DNA of 53,534 nt, from NCBI GenBank assembly GCA_002728255.1, contig PBWV01000024.1:11923-65456 (forward strand), given 5' to 3'. This document shows positions 26,057 to 35,363 of the stretch, piece after piece (position 1 is the first letter of the stretch; every line of letters begins with the position of its first letter). The position numbers were made by a program, and so were the translations under genes. A model generated the notes under the pieces. It made no database searches, was not told the DNA's origin, and saw only the letters and a list, made by a program, of their open reading frames with translations. Origin of the DNA: Rhodospirillaceae bacterium. Its GTDB lineage: Bacteria > Pseudomonadota > Alphaproteobacteria > UBA7887.

Positions 26057-27409
26057 TTAACTGCGCATGACAGCTTCCAATTCGTTTGCCGCCCATCGAA
26101 TGCCCTCGTCTATGCTATCACCGCCCGCTGTTACTCTGGAAACTAGGTTTGGGAAGATGGCTTGCGCCATTATTTGTGCTGCCATGGGTGGTGGGGCAGG
26201 ATAGCCGGGTACTATTCCGATTTCATCTCCTCGGATCGGGTAATTATAAATCGCGCCGGGCGGTGGGCCGGCCTTCGCCCAGACATCATTGCCTTCTGCG
26301 TGGGACCTCAGGAGTGGTACATCGTATCCGGTGGTGACCTGGCTCATCTGGTAGGTAATGTCCCGGGTCCCCACATGGCGCAATAGGTCCTTTGCAGCTA
26401 CTATATTTTCTGAAAAGTCCCAAATTCCCCAGAACTGGGGAATGAAATTGCGATATCTTCCATGTGGACCTCTTGGTAAATCATGACACCACATCTGTTC
26501 GGCGAATTGTGGTGCGTCTCGTTTTGCAACATTCCACGGGCTGGGTGGGTTGAAGACAGAGGATCCTTGTCCCGAAATCATCCAGCGATTGTTCCCTGCA
26601 TCGTCCCAGGCGTATACGCTTTCCGGCATGGTGCGAACTAATTTAGAAAGATATTCTAAGACTGTCCGCACCTCTTCTGAGTCCACGACAATATCTCCAT
26701 TCTTGTCTACTAGCTCGGCACCGTGGGCGGCGAAGACTGGGGCCACCCAGAAACTTGCATCGCCCGTCGCCGCAAGAGGTCCACCAATACCATGGCCTGC
26801 CGCATGCAATTTCTGCCCAGCTTCTAAGAGTGCATCGTAGTCCCAGGCATCAACCAGTTCCGAGTTGCGTTCTTGCTTGGGGCCAGGGAAAATTTCCTGT
26901 AGATTTATGTCAGCGTATTTCTTGTAGAGATCAAGGCGGGAAATCATGCCGTGGGTCTGTGAGCCGACAGGTGAAGGGCTTGCTCGCCAGACGCCATCGA
27001 CTTTGGCGAGGTATTCGGCCAGAGGAACCATGGGGCCTTCCGAGGAAATAATATCCTCTATAACATCGTCTACTGGCTCCAGGCGGTGTGCAAACATAGT
27101 CGGCATCCAGATAGCATGAACATAGATATCATGACCAATCCCGGCTCGTGATTCCGCTTGGGCGGTAAGCAATAGTTTATTTCCCGCACTGGGGATGAAG
27201 TCGACTTCGATTTCTACGCCATTTGCTTCACCCCATTTCTGCAACAGGACTTCCAGCGCTCCATTGGTGCCGGGGATCCAATGATCCCACACACCCATTT
27301 TGAGTTTTCCGGCAGAGTGGGAGGTTTTGATATAAGGGGAGGCAAAAGTGCTAAGACCTATTGCAGTGGTTCCCTGCAGAACTTTCCTTCGAGTGTGTCC
27401 TTTTCGCAT
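26057..27409 (-). CDS. extracellular solute-binding protein (ABC-type, family 1-like) with Tat-like signal
   Basis: 450 aa. N-terminus MRKGHTRRKVLQGTTAIGLSTFASPYI. AAGGAG lies upstream of the ATG. General SBP family 1 layout. No permease or ATPase gene is adjacent. Confidence 0.7.
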   Translation of the reverse strand: MRKGHTRRKVLQGTTAIGLSTFASPYIKTSHSAGKLKMGVWDHWIPGTNGALEVLLQKWGEANGVEIEVDFIPSAGNKLLLTAQAESRAGIGHDIYVHAIWMPTMFAHRLEPVDDVIEDIISSEGPMVPLAEYLAKVDGVWRASPSPVGSQTHGMISRLDLYKKYADINLQEIFPGPKQERNSELVDAWDYDALLEAGQKLHAAGHGIGGPLAATGDASFWVAPVFAAHGAELVDKNGDIVVDSEEVRTVLEYLSKLVRTMPESVYAWDDAGNNRWMISGQGSSVFNPPSPWNVAKRDAPQFAEQMWCHDLPRGPHGRYRNFIPQFWGIWDFSENIVAAKDLLRHVGTRDITYQMSQVTTGYDVPLLRSHAEGNDVWAKAGPPPGAIYNYPIRGDEIGIVPGYPAPPPMAAQIMAQAIFPNLVSRVTAGGDSIDEGIRWAANELEAVMRS

Positions 27410-27451
27410 TTGCCGCTCCTTTTCCCCATTAACGATGTTTGTTACCCAATC

Positions 27452-27471
27452 TAATTCCTGGTTAGGAATTA
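27452..27471. promoter_or_regulatory. perfect 8-4-8 inverted repeat upstream of the SBP gene
   Basis: TAATTCCT-GGTT-AGGAATTA, 43 nt upstream of the start codon at 27409. Could be an operator or a leader hairpin. Confidence 0.25.
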
Positions 27472-27817
27472 TCCCTCCAAATCTGCTCTATACAAAGAAC
27501 AAAATAGTCCTGGAGGAAGTTTTTCTGCGGTCATATTAGTTCTTCAGAGTCTATCAGGATAAGTAAAGCTGCGGTTGCTATAAATCGACTACCAACTTTA
27601 GCCACTAAAATATTATTTTCAGGCGAGTTTTGAGACTAAAAGCCTATAGAATACTGTATTTCCCAAATGGAGAAACTGAATTAGAAGTATAGTACATATT
27701 TTCAAAGTGAGAGATCTGTGATGCTTTTGGGTTGTTATTTTTAATTCCATTCGCGGACTGTATTCTCTCTGGTATCTTGAAATGCTGTTCTGAATAACAG
27801 ATGGCGGATAGTTTCTT

Positions 27818-29716
27818 ATGATTTCAATTGCGGGACAGATCCAAATATGGTTGCCATCTGCCATTACCTTAATTGCGGTTGGAATGTTTCTTCCACAAGT
27901 TCATGGCTTCAATTTTAAGTGTTTATCATCAAGATTTATTACCCTGCCAGGTTTGATGATTGTTTCATGTTTACTTATGGTTTTAAGTATTCTTAGTTAT
28001 TGGGTAACAGGAAGATCTCATCCTAACTCAATTGGAGGCCTAATTCCTTGGAATGATGCTGCCGGTTATTACAGTTGCGCTATTTCTCTTCTTGAAGGTG
28101 GAGGGGGCTCTGATTTTTGTGCAAGGCGCCCAATATATTCTCTCTATGTTTCAGCTCTAAGTTGGCTCTCCGGGGCAAACCTGCAGATTACTCTGATTCT
28201 TCAGTCATTCGTGACTGCGGGGGCCATTGCATTAGTGTTGCGCCAAGTGCTGCACTTTTGGGGACTTGGTGCCTCGATAATTGCAGGGGCAACTATGGTT
28301 GCGTTTTGTGGCCCTTTTTCATCAACGATACTGACCGAGAATATTGGGTTCGTGCTGGGTTCGTCGGGGCTCCTATTGCTACTAAAAGGCGTTGCTTCCC
28401 GCAATAGCCTTTATCTCTTTCTCGGTGCTTTTATTCTTAGCTTGGCCATGAATGCGCGGGCGGGGGCCTTTCTAATTTTTCCAGTAATTTGTTGTTGGCC
28501 GTTTTTCTCCAAGGGATGTATGGGCGCGATGCGAGCTAAATTTTCTTTTATACTCGTGCTGGGCGTCGTATGCGGCTTTATTCCTTCCGTAGGATTTGCG
28601 CATCTTTTTGGCCCGGGGTCAGCAGAATTTCATTCAAATTTTGCACATACCCTTTATGGCTTGGCTGCTGGGGGTGAGCGATGGACATATGTGCTTTCGG
28701 TTATTCCTGGCGCGACTACCGGGCAAATCTATGGAGCAGCGTTCAAGCTAATCGTTGATACTCCACTACTATTTGCGGCAGGTCTTTTTCAGGGATTTTT
28801 AGAATACCTGCAGCGTATTTTTTCTTACCTGGAATGGGGGCCTGCTCGCAGTCTTATCACATTGTTTTGGGTTTGGGGTGCAGCATCCTTAGTGTTTGGG
28901 AAAAAAACTGACATCTCCCTTTGCCTCCTGCTCTTGTGGATTGGGGTGCTTGCATCGGCGCCTATATTGTCGATAGATGGGGATACGCGCGTTTTCGCCA
29001 CGACTATTAGTCTAGATGCTATGATCGTCGGTTATGGCTTTAGTTTGCTATCTAAGTTGCTAGTTCAGAACAGAAAAATGTGGTTTCTCGTGTTGTTGCT
29101 TGGATGCATCTTCTTCTCCCCAAATATAATATTTTATAGTGATCCGAGAATGTGGGGAGCGGTAATTGCACTTGGTTTTCTGTTAGCATTTGCATCACAG
29201 TTTCTAATGGGTTTCGGGAGTCGAGAGATGCCTGAAATGAGCGTTGTGCTGGGGTCCGCCCCATTAGTATTTTCTGTTTTTGTAATTAGTTTGGTATGTA
29301 TTCCAGCTATTGTATCAAGTATTTACGCGGTGCATCCGGAGATAGAGGCGGAAGCCGTGAGATGCCAAGATGGTCAAGTGGGTATCAAAGCTTATTTGGG
29401 AAAGACCAGCCCTGTGTTAAGTTTCGTCTCAGGAAGCAAGATAAGCCTGTGGCCTCTAGCGGCAGAGATGAGATCTTTCAGAGCATATCTTTCTCCTCTT
29501 GTGGCCCATTATAAGGAACTAGAGAAAGTACCTGAGGAGTATTCCCTGTCGCTTATTATTGATTACTCGTCTCCGGGGAATGGGTCCAGGTTTGTCTACT
29601 GGGATCACGCACGATACGGGATTTTGCAAGGGCGGCAGGCATTGTGCCTAGACTACGAGACGTCGAACTTAAAGGCGGATATTTCCCGACTGGCCAACGC
29701 AAGGGTGATAGAATAA
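27818..29716 (+). CDS. GT-C fold membrane glycosyltransferase (PMT_2/ArnT-like)
   Basis: 632 aa, more than 12 predicted TM segments and a C-terminal soluble domain of about 130 aa. The first-loop motif WNDAAGYYSCAISLLEGGG followed by RRPIYS resembles the DExxY...RPPLY pattern of GT39/GT83-type enzymes. Confidence 0.6.
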   Translation: MISIAGQIQIWLPSAITLIAVGMFLPQVHGFNFKCLSSRFITLPGLMIVSCLLMVLSILSYWVTGRSHPNSIGGLIPWNDAAGYYSCAISLLEGGGGSDFCARRPIYSLYVSALSWLSGANLQITLILQSFVTAGAIALVLRQVLHFWGLGASIIAGATMVAFCGPFSSTILTENIGFVLGSSGLLLLLKGVASRNSLYLFLGAFILSLAMNARAGAFLIFPVICCWPFFSKGCMGAMRAKFSFILVLGVVCGFIPSVGFAHLFGPGSAEFHSNFAHTLYGLAAGGERWTYVLSVIPGATTGQIYGAAFKLIVDTPLLFAAGLFQGFLEYLQRIFSYLEWGPARSLITLFWVWGAASLVFGKKTDISLCLLLLWIGVLASAPILSIDGDTRVFATTISLDAMIVGYGFSLLSKLLVQNRKMWFLVLLLGCIFFSPNIIFYSDPRMWGAVIALGFLLAFASQFLMGFGSREMPEMSVVLGSAPLVFSVFVISLVCIPAIVSSIYAVHPEIEAEAVRCQDGQVGIKAYLGKTSPVLSFVSGSKISLWPLAAEMRSFRAYLSPLVAHYKELEKVPEEYSLSLIIDYSSPGNGSRFVYWDHARYGILQGRQALCLDYETSNLKADISRLANARVIE

Positions 29717-29795
29717 TGGCTGAAGTTCGTTGACATACAATATGGCGGAACTTGAGATGGAAATAACGTTGCGCATCCAAAATACGAGGTGATTT

Positions 29796-30956
29796 ATGCA
29801 CGTGATTGTTGTGCTTGAAGATCGTATATCTGAGTGGGTGGCTAAGGGAGAGTTACTGGAAGGTTATTTTAATCCCGGTGGAGTCTTTGATAAAATCACA
29901 GTGGTGGCCCTTCTCTCTGATGAGGTGGATGCGAAGACTGTCTCCAATCTTTGTAAACCGGCTTCTTCTGTATACTTGAATGCAAATTTGAGTCGGAAAC
30001 GCTTATCCGTAGCCGCGGGCAAGCCTTTGAGAATTCGTATGATTAAAGCTCTTGGCACATTAGTGGATGAACTAGAGCTCGGTCCAGCTAATTTGGTGAG
30101 GGGTTATGGAGAAGGTCTTGCCGCCGTCGTTTCTGAGGTTATTGGCTCTCGTCTTAGTGTTCCGTTTGTAATTAGTTTACATCAAACTGCTGATCCAAAG
30201 ATTCTGAAAAAATATTCTAGCCTTAAAGATCAGATCTGGCGACGACTGATCAAGATGCCTGTGGAGCAAGCTTTGAGAGCCTCAGACGGCTTAATAGCTG
30301 TTTATTCTCCAATAATCGACTATTTGCCGCGGAGTCTGGCTACCCGTGCAGAGGTTATTCCCAACGTGGTTGGAGTTAGGATTAGACCCTCTATAAAGGC
30401 TAACAATCGAGATCACATCAACATTATTTGTGTGGGCCGTCAGATTCCTGGCAGAGACCCAAGGCCAATAGTTAGGGCTGTGGCAAACGAGCCGCACCTG
30501 AATCTTACACTGGTGGGTGGTGGGCCCCTGCATGCCGATGTAAGAAAAGAGGTAATGAAGTGGGACCTGGGTGATCGAGTTCAGTTGGTCGAGTCCATGC
30601 CGAATTCAAGTCTGTGTGATGTTTTTCGGAAATTTGATGTGATGGCCATAAACAGCGGATTCCGGGAGGTCTCTAAAAGCTTAATGGAGGCTGCGCTCTC
30701 GGGTGTTCCAATAATTGTTAATGAGGGGCCAGCATCCACTATACGGGAGTTAAGCGCCTTCCCGTTAGTGTACGCGCAGGGAGACCCAACCTCCTACCGA
30801 GAAGTCCTGGAAGAGTTTGCAAAAAACCCCAATAAACGCTATGAATTAGCTCGTAGTACCGCTGAAGTAGCGTGGTCTGTCTGGAACCCCCAGGAAGTTG
30901 GATTGAGGGCTGGAAAATATTTAGCAAAAATCGTGGAGCGCAAAAGTAGGCTTTAG
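29796..30956 (+). CDS. glycosyltransferase, GT4-like (GT-B fold)
   Basis: 386 aa. C-terminal E-x7-E region FREVSKSLMEAALSGVPIIV. Confidence 0.75.
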   Translation: MHVIVVLEDRISEWVAKGELLEGYFNPGGVFDKITVVALLSDEVDAKTVSNLCKPASSVYLNANLSRKRLSVAAGKPLRIRMIKALGTLVDELELGPANLVRGYGEGLAAVVSEVIGSRLSVPFVISLHQTADPKILKKYSSLKDQIWRRLIKMPVEQALRASDGLIAVYSPIIDYLPRSLATRAEVIPNVVGVRIRPSIKANNRDHINIICVGRQIPGRDPRPIVRAVANEPHLNLTLVGGGPLHADVRKEVMKWDLGDRVQLVESMPNSSLCDVFRKFDVMAINSGFREVSKSLMEAALSGVPIIVNEGPASTIRELSAFPLVYAQGDPTSYREVLEEFAKNPNKRYELARSTAEVAWSVWNPQEVGLRAGKYLAKIVERKSRL

Positions 30957-30971
30957 TTTGAGGATGTTTAA

Positions 30972-32105
30972 ATGAGCGGTTTAGTCATATTTGGTACACG
31001 ACCGGAAGCTATAAAGCTAGCCCCAGTTGTCAATACTCTGCGAAGAAGGCTGGGACCCTGTCGACTTCAGGTGGTAACAAGTGGCCAACACTCAGAAATT
31101 CTTGAGCAAACTTTAGGCGCTCTGAATCTTTCTGTGGATCATAACTTGAACATAATGCAGCCAAATCAGAGCCCTTCACAAGTCTTGGAACGCGCGGTAG
31201 CGGGCCTCAATAAAACTTTTGAGCAAGCAAGTGTTGATTGGGTTATGGTGCAGGGGGATACGGCTACAGCATTTGCGGGTGCTCTGTTTGGTTATTTTCT
31301 GAAGGTTCCGGTAATACATCTTGAGGCAGGCTTACGTACCCACGATCTTCAGGAGCCTTGGCCCGAGGAAGGTCTTAGGCAGAACATAGCTCGATTAGCT
31401 ACCCTCCACTTGGCTCCGTATCCGCGTGCTCTGCAAAACCTTTTAGATGAAGGGATTGACTCGGCTAATATTGAAGTCGTTGGCAACCCCGGGTTAGACG
31501 CTCAAGATGCGGCATTCCAGGCGGTTGCGGCTTCGAAGGAAACGGCTAGATTACTGGCAGAAAAGTTTTTTTTGGTGAGCCTTCACAGGCGAGAAAATTC
31601 TGGACCTAGGTTGAGGGAAACCTGCTACCGAATTCAAGAGTTAGCTAGGCTTCACCCTGATCATAAGGTTATTTGGCCGGTCCATCCAAGCCCCCGAATT
31701 CGGAGGACCGCTATAGAGATTTTTGGTGACCAAATTGGACAGGTTGAACTTTGTCTGCCATTTGATTATCCGGATTTTTTAAGTGCGCAGAAAGCGGCCG
31801 AACTGATTATTTCGGATTCTGGGGGAGTTCAGGAAGAGGCTCCTACCTATGGAACTGGCGTCGCGGTGGTCCGTGAAAAGACCGAGAGGACCGAGGTTGT
31901 TGAGTTTGGCCTTGCTAAGGTAGTTGGTGGGGATGCCCGCAACCTTATCGAGGTAGCAGATGAATTCTTGTCTCACCCTATCAGTCCAAATCAAGTTAGA
32001 GATTGGCGGAGGCTTCAGGGGAATGGCCATGCAGCGGAGGCGGCGAGTGAGGCAATCCTTGCCCATTTAGCCTCGCCCTATGCGTCCTCGGCTAGGTTGG
32101 CCTGA
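30972..32105 (+). CDS. wecB: UDP-N-acetylglucosamine 2-epimerase (non-hydrolysing)
   Basis: IFGTRPEAIKLAPV, VQGDTATAFAGAL, HLEAGLRT, HRREN, SDSGGVQEEAP. Confidence 0.9.
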   Translation: MSGLVIFGTRPEAIKLAPVVNTLRRRLGPCRLQVVTSGQHSEILEQTLGALNLSVDHNLNIMQPNQSPSQVLERAVAGLNKTFEQASVDWVMVQGDTATAFAGALFGYFLKVPVIHLEAGLRTHDLQEPWPEEGLRQNIARLATLHLAPYPRALQNLLDEGIDSANIEVVGNPGLDAQDAAFQAVAASKETARLLAEKFFLVSLHRRENSGPRLRETCYRIQELARLHPDHKVIWPVHPSPRIRRTAIEIFGDQIGQVELCLPFDYPDFLSAQKAAELIISDSGGVQEEAPTYGTGVAVVREKTERTEVVEFGLAKVVGGDARNLIEVADEFLSHPISPNQVRDWRRLQGNGHAAEAASEAILAHLASPYASSARLA

Positions 32106-33551
32106 TAATTTCTTAATCCCTATTACTGTCGCTGTGTAGCAAGCACTGAAGAGGAGTGCTGATACGATTGGGTGCAATGGTTCTTTGTTTAAAATTAAGA
32201 TGGTGGCTAGGGATATAAGTACACCAATAAGTGCCCTTTTTAAGGTTTTGGTGGGCATCAACAGCAAACGGGAGCCAGCACTGGTGCCATATCCTAAAAT
32301 GGTGCTAGCAAAGCCCAATCTCGACAGTGCGACTACACAGCAAGCACCCAATAGACCAAAGTCTGGGAGAAACATAAACATCCCCAGCACTGCGGCTAGG
32401 CCCCAAAAAAGTGTAGCCCACATGAGAATTATAGTTCTACCCTGAACATAAAGGGCATATTCCCATGGGGTCGAAATTTGATTGAAGGCTACCCCAAATA
32501 AAAGAATGATAAGTATTTTTGTGTTAACTAAATACTCTTGGCCTACCATGGTTACAGTTAGGAGAGGACCTAATATGATAATCATTGCCGCAACGAGTGT
32601 CCCCCACTCTATGAACCCTCCCAATAGTCGGTGCACTAAATTGATTATTGTAGTTGGCTGACTGGCGTCTAATGCTTTTGCTAGTCTGGGGTACAACAAC
32701 CACCAATAAGGGGCGCCCCAGGAGGCCAAGATCCCTACTAAGGTTTGAGCGATTACATATTGACCTAACGCGTCTGCTCCTAATTCTCTACCTATTAGGA
32801 GTCTATCACTCAACCCCATTAGTACTTCCCCAAACCCTGCAAGCATGAGGGGGACTCCAACCCCAAGGGCAATTCTAACCTCAGAGAAGGGTAATATTTT
32901 GAGATTGGCTTTTGCAAGATTTTCGCTCTTGGTAAAACTCGAGACGCCAGCCAGAAAAATAAATAATTTCACTAATGTGAAACACAACACTAGGTTCAAG
33001 GGGGTAAGTTGGTCTGCGAGCGCAATTCCCAAAATTAGCGCCATAGATGAAAAAGATTCTGAAACTTGCAATTTCAGAGCAGCAGAGGTCCGTTGGCGGG
33101 CCCTGATTGCTTCTAATATTAGTGTTTGCCATGCTGTGCAGACGAGTAATAGAGAGGCGCCCTGAATGGCGGGTTCAGCAGCCAAGTCCATTGATAAATA
33201 TTTGGAAATCTCGTCTGCGTTAAACCACAAGTATGCTGCTGGTAAGCTGACAGCGCTTGTGACCAAGAGAAAACAGGTTAAAACCGAAGAGGCAGTGTCA
33301 TGAGTGGACTTGAGCGTTGAAATTTGTCGAATAATCGCAAAGTTCAAACCCATTAGTGTAAGAGGAACTAGTAGTACTATCCCAGCTTGAATTTGAGAAA
33401 GTTGTCCAAACTCTGTGATTCCTATCAGACGAGCAACTATGATAGTTGAGGCTAGTGTGGTTGATTTAGCCACGCCTTCAGCAAGAAAACGTTGTGCTAG
33501 TGCTGCGTCAAAGTCAGGGAACCGATTAAGGAGTATGTGCCACATTCGCAT
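32067..33551 (-). CDS. wzx: MOP-superfamily polysaccharide flippase (Wzx-like)
   Basis: 494 aa with about 12-14 TM segments. N-terminus with TTLASTIIVARLIG is typical of Polysacc_synt proteins. Last gene of the minus-strand glycan operon. Confidence 0.75.
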   Translation of the reverse strand: MRMWHILLNRFPDFDAALAQRFLAEGVAKSTTLASTIIVARLIGITEFGQLSQIQAGIVLLVPLTLMGLNFAIIRQISTLKSTHDTASSVLTCFLLVTSAVSLPAAYLWFNADEISKYLSMDLAAEPAIQGASLLLVCTAWQTLILEAIRARQRTSAALKLQVSESFSSMALILGIALADQLTPLNLVLCFTLVKLFIFLAGVSSFTKSENLAKANLKILPFSEVRIALGVGVPLMLAGFGEVLMGLSDRLLIGRELGADALGQYVIAQTLVGILASWGAPYWWLLYPRLAKALDASQPTTIINLVHRLLGGFIEWGTLVAAMIIILGPLLTVTMVGQEYLVNTKILIILLFGVAFNQISTPWEYALYVQGRTIILMWATLFWGLAAVLGMFMFLPDFGLLGACCVVALSRLGFASTILGYGTSAGSRLLLMPTKTLKRALIGVLISLATILILNKEPLHPIVSALLFSACYTATVIGIKKLSGQPSRGRIGRG

Positions 33552-34296
33552 CTATGTTTCTAGGGAAACGAGCCACTATATACCAGCGCTCCGCTAAAAA
33601 TGGAATGATTGAGGAGGCGGCGGCATCCCAACCTTTTTTCTTGCTGTTTCCTCTTAGCGCATGTCCTAAAATATGTGAGCGATCTAATCCGGGCAATAAT
33701 AATAATTGGGTGAGTAGTCCATGTGACTCCATAAGTTCGATTTGTAATCCCAATTCCGAAAATATTCGGCATAGCTCCCGCTTTTTATAACCAAAAATTC
33801 CTGAGAAGCCCTTCTTTCTGTAATATTTATTCCAATAGTGTATTCCCAAAGACCATGAATTTGCGACGTCCACTATTAGGGTTCCTTCATTCTTAAGTAA
33901 CTTTGCCATATTGACCAAAGATTCCCTCTGTTTTGCTTTGGGCAAAAGAAGTAACGTGGAAAAGCAGTAGATTGTATCAAATGCTCTCTGAGTAAACGGA
34001 AGGTGTGGGAGAGCTGCAGCACATGGAATCACAGATTCTCTTATCATTTGGCCTTGAGTTTTTTGCATTAGTTTTCTAGTCATTTCATAGCTTGGATCAA
34101 TCGCTAGTACAGTGATTTGGTTGGAAGTTATTTTCAATGCATGCCGACCGCTGGCCGATCCCACGTCCATAACCAAACCTTTCTTTGGTAGATTTTCTTT
34201 TACAAGTTGCCATTTTCGTGCCTGAGTGTAGGTGCTCCCCACCTCAAGTGGGTAACTCTCAGCTTCTCCATCAAAATAGTTATGTCGGGTAGTCAT
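33526..34296 (-). CDS. class I SAM-dependent methyltransferase
   Basis: Motif I VMDVGSASGRHAL. I place the start at ATG 34296, which forms an ATGA overlap with the upstream stop, rather than at ORF start 34368. Confidence 0.8.
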   Translation of the reverse strand: MTTRHNYFDGEAESYPLEVGSTYTQARKWQLVKENLPKKGLVMDVGSASGRHALKITSNQITVLAIDPSYEMTRKLMQKTQGQMIRESVIPCAAALPHLPFTQRAFDTIYCFSTLLLLPKAKQRESLVNMAKLLKNEGTLIVDVANSWSLGIHYWNKYYRKKGFSGIFGYKKRELCRIFSELGLQIELMESHGLLTQLLLLPGLDRSHILGHALRGNSKKKGWDAAASSIIPFLAERWYIVARFPRNIDANVAHTP

Positions 34297-35363
34297 CGTT
34301 TTACATGTTGGAGATTTTTTCGGAGTACACGCATGCAGTCGTAGGTGGCTGCTACGAAGGGTCGACACCTTAAGGTGCCTCTGTGGTATGGCACTAGTGC
34401 TCCTCCGAAACTTTTCTTGAAATCGCTAATTCTCCGAACTTTCCCATTCTGTTCATTTGGGAATGCTTCTCCGGATTCGTACCAACATAACCCATTGTCG
34501 GCGAGGTCACAAATAGCCGACCACTGTAGAAGATTATTTGCTCCAACTGAAAGAGCGTAATGATCGCTAGCAACCACCCAATATATGGCGCCACCTTTGT
34601 AAACACCAAAGATATGTATTGAGTGGATATTATTAGTATCGGTATATGCGCAATATCCCTTTGCTAAACCGGCTGGGAGAAAGTTTCTAAAAATTTGTTC
34701 ATAATATGTAGCGGGTTTAGCGGAGATGCCCGTTCTTTTAGTGTTCTCAGTGAGAAGTCGCAAAAAAATTTTCTCATCTTGCAATTGGATTGGCCTGGTT
34801 GAAACTCCTGCGCGTAGCGCTTTGTTTACTGATTTGCGAGACCTATATTCCATTCCTTTCCACAATTCCTCTTTGGTTTTCCCATGTAGTTGTAGGAGCC
34901 AGCTTTGTGTCGAAACGTCGGAAAACCCAAGTCCTCGGAAAGAGGTGGAGTAATTTTGATTGCTAGATAGATTGGATGGGCTAAGAGGTGGTGAAGAGAG
35001 GTCTACACGGTAGGCCCCTTGATTAGCTGCCAACTTTTGGATCTTTCTAGCAATGTGCGCTTCTACTCTTTTGCGTTGATCAACACCCAAAGTCTTTACA
35101 AAGGCGGGGCCCCCAGTTCCTTCTATTCGCACTTGTGGATAGGGTATTTTCGAGCCTCGAGTATGCCTAATTAATGGGACTAGAGCGGCTACCCGACCAG
35201 ATGTTTTCTCCAAGACGGCAAAGCTTATATCCTTTGAGTGAGCCCATGATGCATAAGCATCAATAGATTCCCACCTATGCCACAGCCAAGCATCAGGTGA
35301 ATTATCTGCTTCTTTATTCCACATACTTGTAGTCAGGTCGGAGCGCTTGGCTATTTCATACAC
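34293..35363 (-). CDS. FemAB-like / GNAT-fold (Acetyltransf_6-type) transferase
   Basis: 356 aa. The C-terminal block VGANNLLQWSAICDLADNGLCWYESGEAF...ISDFKKSFGG resembles the FemAB signature (G.N.LLqW.aI..a...G...yd.GG....l..FK..FGg). GTG start. Confidence 0.6.
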   Translation of the reverse strand: MYEIAKRSDLTTSMWNKEADNSPDAWLWHRWESIDAYASWAHSKDISFAVLEKTSGRVAALVPLIRHTRGSKIPYPQVRIEGTGGPAFVKTLGVDQRKRVEAHIARKIQKLAANQGAYRVDLSSPPLSPSNLSSNQNYSTSFRGLGFSDVSTQSWLLQLHGKTKEELWKGMEYRSRKSVNKALRAGVSTRPIQLQDEKIFLRLLTENTKRTGISAKPATYYEQIFRNFLPAGLAKGYCAYTDTNNIHSIHIFGVYKGGAIYWVVASDHYALSVGANNLLQWSAICDLADNGLCWYESGEAFPNEQNGKVRRISDFKKSFGGALVPYHRGTLRCRPFVAATYDCMRVLRKNLQHVKR

